64,000 nucleotides of DNA from assembly GCA_002269645.1 (NCBI GenBank), contig NIVC01001878.1:1-64000 (forward strand), given 5' to 3'. Source of the stretch: Macrostomum lignano (Eukaryota). Positions 53,318 through 64,000 of the stretch are shown here, in pieces; within the stretch, counting starts at the first letter, position 1, and each line of letters opens with the position of its first letter. The notes under the pieces were generated by a model. The model saw only the letters and a list, made by a program, of their open reading frames with translations. It did not search any database and was not told where the DNA came from. Position numbers and translations under genes: made by a program.

Positions 53318-54089
53318 GACATATACATGTACGAGCGTACGTACAGTATATATGTGACTTAAATGTACAGAGAGTGTCAATTGGACCATGTAATTGTATA
53401 CACCATGCTAGTGGTCCTTGATGTGTGCATTTATATGTATGTATGAGGCACTGTTTTAATTACATGTTTATACCCTTATTCATATACTCCATCGTTAATA
53501 TTTTTATAGCGTCGCTATTGATGAGGACGCTGCACCTTTTTTCAATCTTAGAGCCGCACATTTTGCTTCGATGCGCTTTTCCCCTACTGTCAGTCGGCTA
53601 GCTTAGGAATTTCTCTCTATTCTCTCATCTAGGCTAAGTTCTATACTAATTATGCCATTACTATTAGTTATGTTAGAAGCTCAATGTACTTCGCTTAGGA
53701 TCCCAATTTTGAATTGTTTATGCATCTCTGAAGGTCAGACTGTCTGGGTTCGAGACGGATTGACCTACAACAGTCTAGGCAGGCGACACTAAGTCTGGGA
53801 GAAGTGTTTTCTGACCCCCAGATTTGTGGATTTTTCCCTGTGTCCCGTGATTTATGGCCGTCTAGCTGTCACTTTTGGCGCCAGCCTGTCTGGGTCAAAG
53901 AGGGTCCTTCCAGCTCTCTCCCCACTCACTCTGTTACTTTCCCCCTTGATTTATGGGCGTTTTGCTATCACTTTTGGCGCCAGAATGTCTAGACAAGTGA
54001 CTTTTATTATGTTTTGCTTATGATTTATGATCGCATCTGTCAACTTCCCTGGGGTCTGAAGGCCACCTGGTGGGGTGGGTTTTGGGGTC

Positions 54090-54290
54090 TTGAGCTCAGC
54101 CAATCAGAGTCGACCGGACTGCCCCCGGCTCGACCAATCAGAAAATTCGGCGCCTATGTTAACAATAAAAGCTCTCAGACATGCAATCGGAAAATTCGGC
54201 GTGCGTTATAACAAATCGGCCACGTGAGAGCTATAAAAAGGCGGCAACTCGCCCCGCGCTCGCTCACGCGCTCTCGCTCTTCCGCTCCGG
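54090..54290 (+). promoter_or_regulatory. Pol II promoter-like module
   Basis: Two CCAATCAG boxes, CACGTG, TATAAAAAG at ~54233, pyrimidine-rich initiator-like CTCTCGCTCTTCC ~30-45 nt downstream. Confidence 0.5.
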
Positions 54291-55510
54291 ACCCTCCTCT
54301 TCTGGTCCTGCCGACCTGATCCCCCTTTCCCCGGCAGTTTCGGCTTCAACAGCCAAGTTCCCCCTGAGAAGCATCATCAATATCTCTCGACAGTGATCAA
54401 GAGCAGCAACAGCATCCCATCTGAGCGCTTCGGTCTCTGTGGATTCCTTGGCTACCGGCAGATATAGGTCCTCTGATTGGTTTGGTGAGAGGCTCTCTTG
54501 ACCTGCTTAACTGGGTACACCCTTTGTCTGACCCCTTCCTATAGGTATAGTCTGATAGGATTTGCACTTTTGCTTACTTGCTTTTGTGTGCCAATCTCGA
54601 GGCAGAAGTGCCAATTAATATTAAAATTAGCCATTTGCTCTAACTTAATCTAAAGTGTTTAGGATTGCGGATTAAGTGAGAAAGTCAAATCTGAAAGTTA
54701 AAGACTTGGCGTTTTCATTCTTTTTCGCAACGCCAGCGAGATGAGCAGCTAAATCTGGAGGCAGAGGTCACAGTGGACCGGAAGCGGCACTGCAGTTCCC
54801 AGTCAATCAGTCGATCTAAGAAATCATTATGTAATTAAGCATGCAAATTAAGTGCCAGACGCGGTCACAGGTGCCGCTTTGGCGCGGTCACAGGCAGTCA
54901 AGCGGCTAAAGTAAGTTAAGTATTAGTCTATAACGATCTCCGAAAGTGACAATGCATCTTCATCATCGCTATCTGTCGACGTGTTAACACATTTAGTGCC
55001 AAAAGCGTGCAGTTACGTGTACTCTTATACATGTACTTCTGGGAATTTGGTAATGAAATAGCATTTAGTAGTGTATGAAGGCTCGCCAGCGCAAGAACCC
55101 CCAGCAAAAGTCCTCTCTGTCCCTGCAGGCCAATGCGATCTTAGTCCCAGCAGCGTCCCTTCTATTCGGCTATGACTTCGAGATTTAGACAGCTAAAAGA
55201 CACTAGATGGCAGGTATAGCTAGGAGAAGACAGCGAGAGACAAGCAGGGAGAATTTGAAAGGTAGAAATTAGCTAACCCACGGATTAACTAACTCGCTGC
55301 CACCAGTCCGTGCGCCCCGGCTCACCAAACCGGAGCTGTCGAAATCGGACTTCCGACTAGAGGGGCACTGCACTTAGGACCTTGCTGCTCGCCCACAATC
55401 TAGCTACCATGGGGCTGACCATCTGACAGGTGAGCTAGTAGGCCATGCAGAGCTCTTAGTGATTCATTTCTGAGTTCTTAGGCCCGAAGCTACAGGCTTA
55501 AAAAGGCCGA
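54090..55510 (+). repeat. Copy B of the ~1.4-kb dispersed non-coding repeat
   Basis: Inverted homology to 31255-32610. Confidence 0.85.
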
Positions 55511-56274
55511 ACCCATCACTATGTAAAAAATGATTCCAGCAGTTTATAAACATTATATTACATGTAAAATCCAGAATTAGGTGTAATAAGTGTTCGATTT
55601 TCAGGTACGTTAACATCTTAAAATTTTCATGAGAACGGATTCGAAAACTAGAAAAAATCCTATTCTAAAATCAAAATGTAGAGAACTATGATTTTTTTAA
55701 GTTTAACACAACACAAGGGTCCGGACTACTCATGTCGTAGTAGTAGCTACGTACTTGAGTAGTCCTTGGTTTAACAGCCCTTATAAGAAACGTTGACATT
55801 TAGATTTAGAAAAATTTTTAAACTCCTAAACAAGAACACTGTTTTGGAACTAACTAGCTGATTATGTAAACGCAATATTGAAAACAAGGTTCGAACCATT
55901 TTCGTTTTCAGAAAGAGTAACTCGTCGTAATATGAGAGAGCTTTCTAATAAGTATATTATTAAGCTAAGCAAAAAAATCATTTAAAAAAACTTTTACAAT
56001 TTTTTTAGGTTTTTACTTTAGGATCTTGTAACAGAACATACGTTAACAACAAAAAATCTTTTTGTTATAATGATTCTCTAATCATGATCAGAGATATTAA
56101 TTGATATTTGTATTCCATGACTCACTTATTATTCGGAATCTGAATCGACAAGTCAGTACTGATCTCTGGAATTCAGTTTTGTAAATTTTTCAACTTACTT
56201 AAATAAAAACTATTAGGCCTTGCTAGGCTGATAGTATTTCGATTCAATTTCTGTCAGTTAACTGTCATTGAATT

Positions 56275-63312
<7,038 letters not shown>

Positions 63313-63529
63313 GTAAGGCTAGTGAGGCTCACCTCAATAAGACAGTTTTAGTAGGATGTTAAATAAGAAGCATTTTTGTGTCAAATCAAAAATCTCTTAT
63401 TACCCCCTTCTTTTGCCTTCTTTAGCCTGGTGTTTTATTAATAGCCTAAAGTTGGCCTGCCATGTACATTTCAGTGGCGCTGGGCTAACGACAGCACTAA
63501 TAACATTCTTCCATATGTATACTTTAAGT

Positions 63530-64000
63530 CAGGGGTCGCCAAACTTTTTTCAACGTAAGGGCCAGATATAAAATCTAGCGCGTGACTGCAGGCCAGAGAG
63601 GGAATAGAGGAGAAAAGGGAAGAAGGGAGGTGTGTGTGTGTGGGTGTGTGTGTGAGTGAGAGAGAGAAAAGAGATAAGAGTGGAGAGTGAAGATGAGAGG
63701 AGAGGGAAAAAATGGGAGAAAGGAGAGAAGGAAAAGGAGAGGGGAGAGAGGAGGGAAGGGATAGGAGAGTGGAGAGGTGGGGAGAGAGGAGGGAGGCGAG
63801 ATGAGAGGGTAGATCAGGTGCGAGAAGCGGCGACATGATAGATGAGAGATCAGAGGGTAGATCAGGGGCGAGAAGCGGCGACATGATAGATTAGAGATGA
63901 GAGGTTAGATAAGTAGAGAGATGAGAGAAGGGATAGGAGACCCCGAGGGAGCGGAGAGAGGAGACCTGAGAACAGACAAACTTTGAGCGGGCCAGATTGC
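63530..64000. mobile_element. hAT/Charlie-like non-autonomous element with a GA-rich interior (right end outside the window)
   Basis: Starts CAGGGGTCGCCAAACTTTTTT; GGGCCAGAT subterminal motifs near both ends. Confidence 0.6.

Overview
Eukaryotic (metazoan, probably invertebrate) genomic DNA, rich in minisatellites, GA/CT low-complexity tracts and transposons. Host genes with GT-AG introns: the 5' part of a SEC14L2-like lipid-transfer gene (-), a complete 5-exon GH47 alpha-1,2-mannosidase (-), a complete 4-exon PRXL2C/AAED1-like gene (+), a fibrinogen-domain fragment and the first two coding exons of CHMP4/Snf7 (+). There are two very young LTR retrotransposons. (1) A compact 4.3-kb Mag-type Ty3/Gypsy element (23794-28118) with an in-frame UAG exactly between gag and protease. 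(2) A 13.8-kb Ty3/Gypsy-type element (37975-51761) with 1038-bp LTRs ending TATA...TATA, a tRNA-Glu PBS and accessory ORFs. Its main feature is an envelope-like glycoprotein (internal signal peptide, furin site, TM) placed BETWEEN gag and pol and fused in frame to the protease (gag-env-PR-RT-RH-IN); this is the best candidate for an undescribed system. Also notable: two dispersed copies of a ~1.4-kb non-coding repeat differ by inversion of a TA-bounded ~160-bp intron-like cassette, and repeat copies show position-dependent CpG erosion. All family assignments come from motif recognition by eye; no searches were run.
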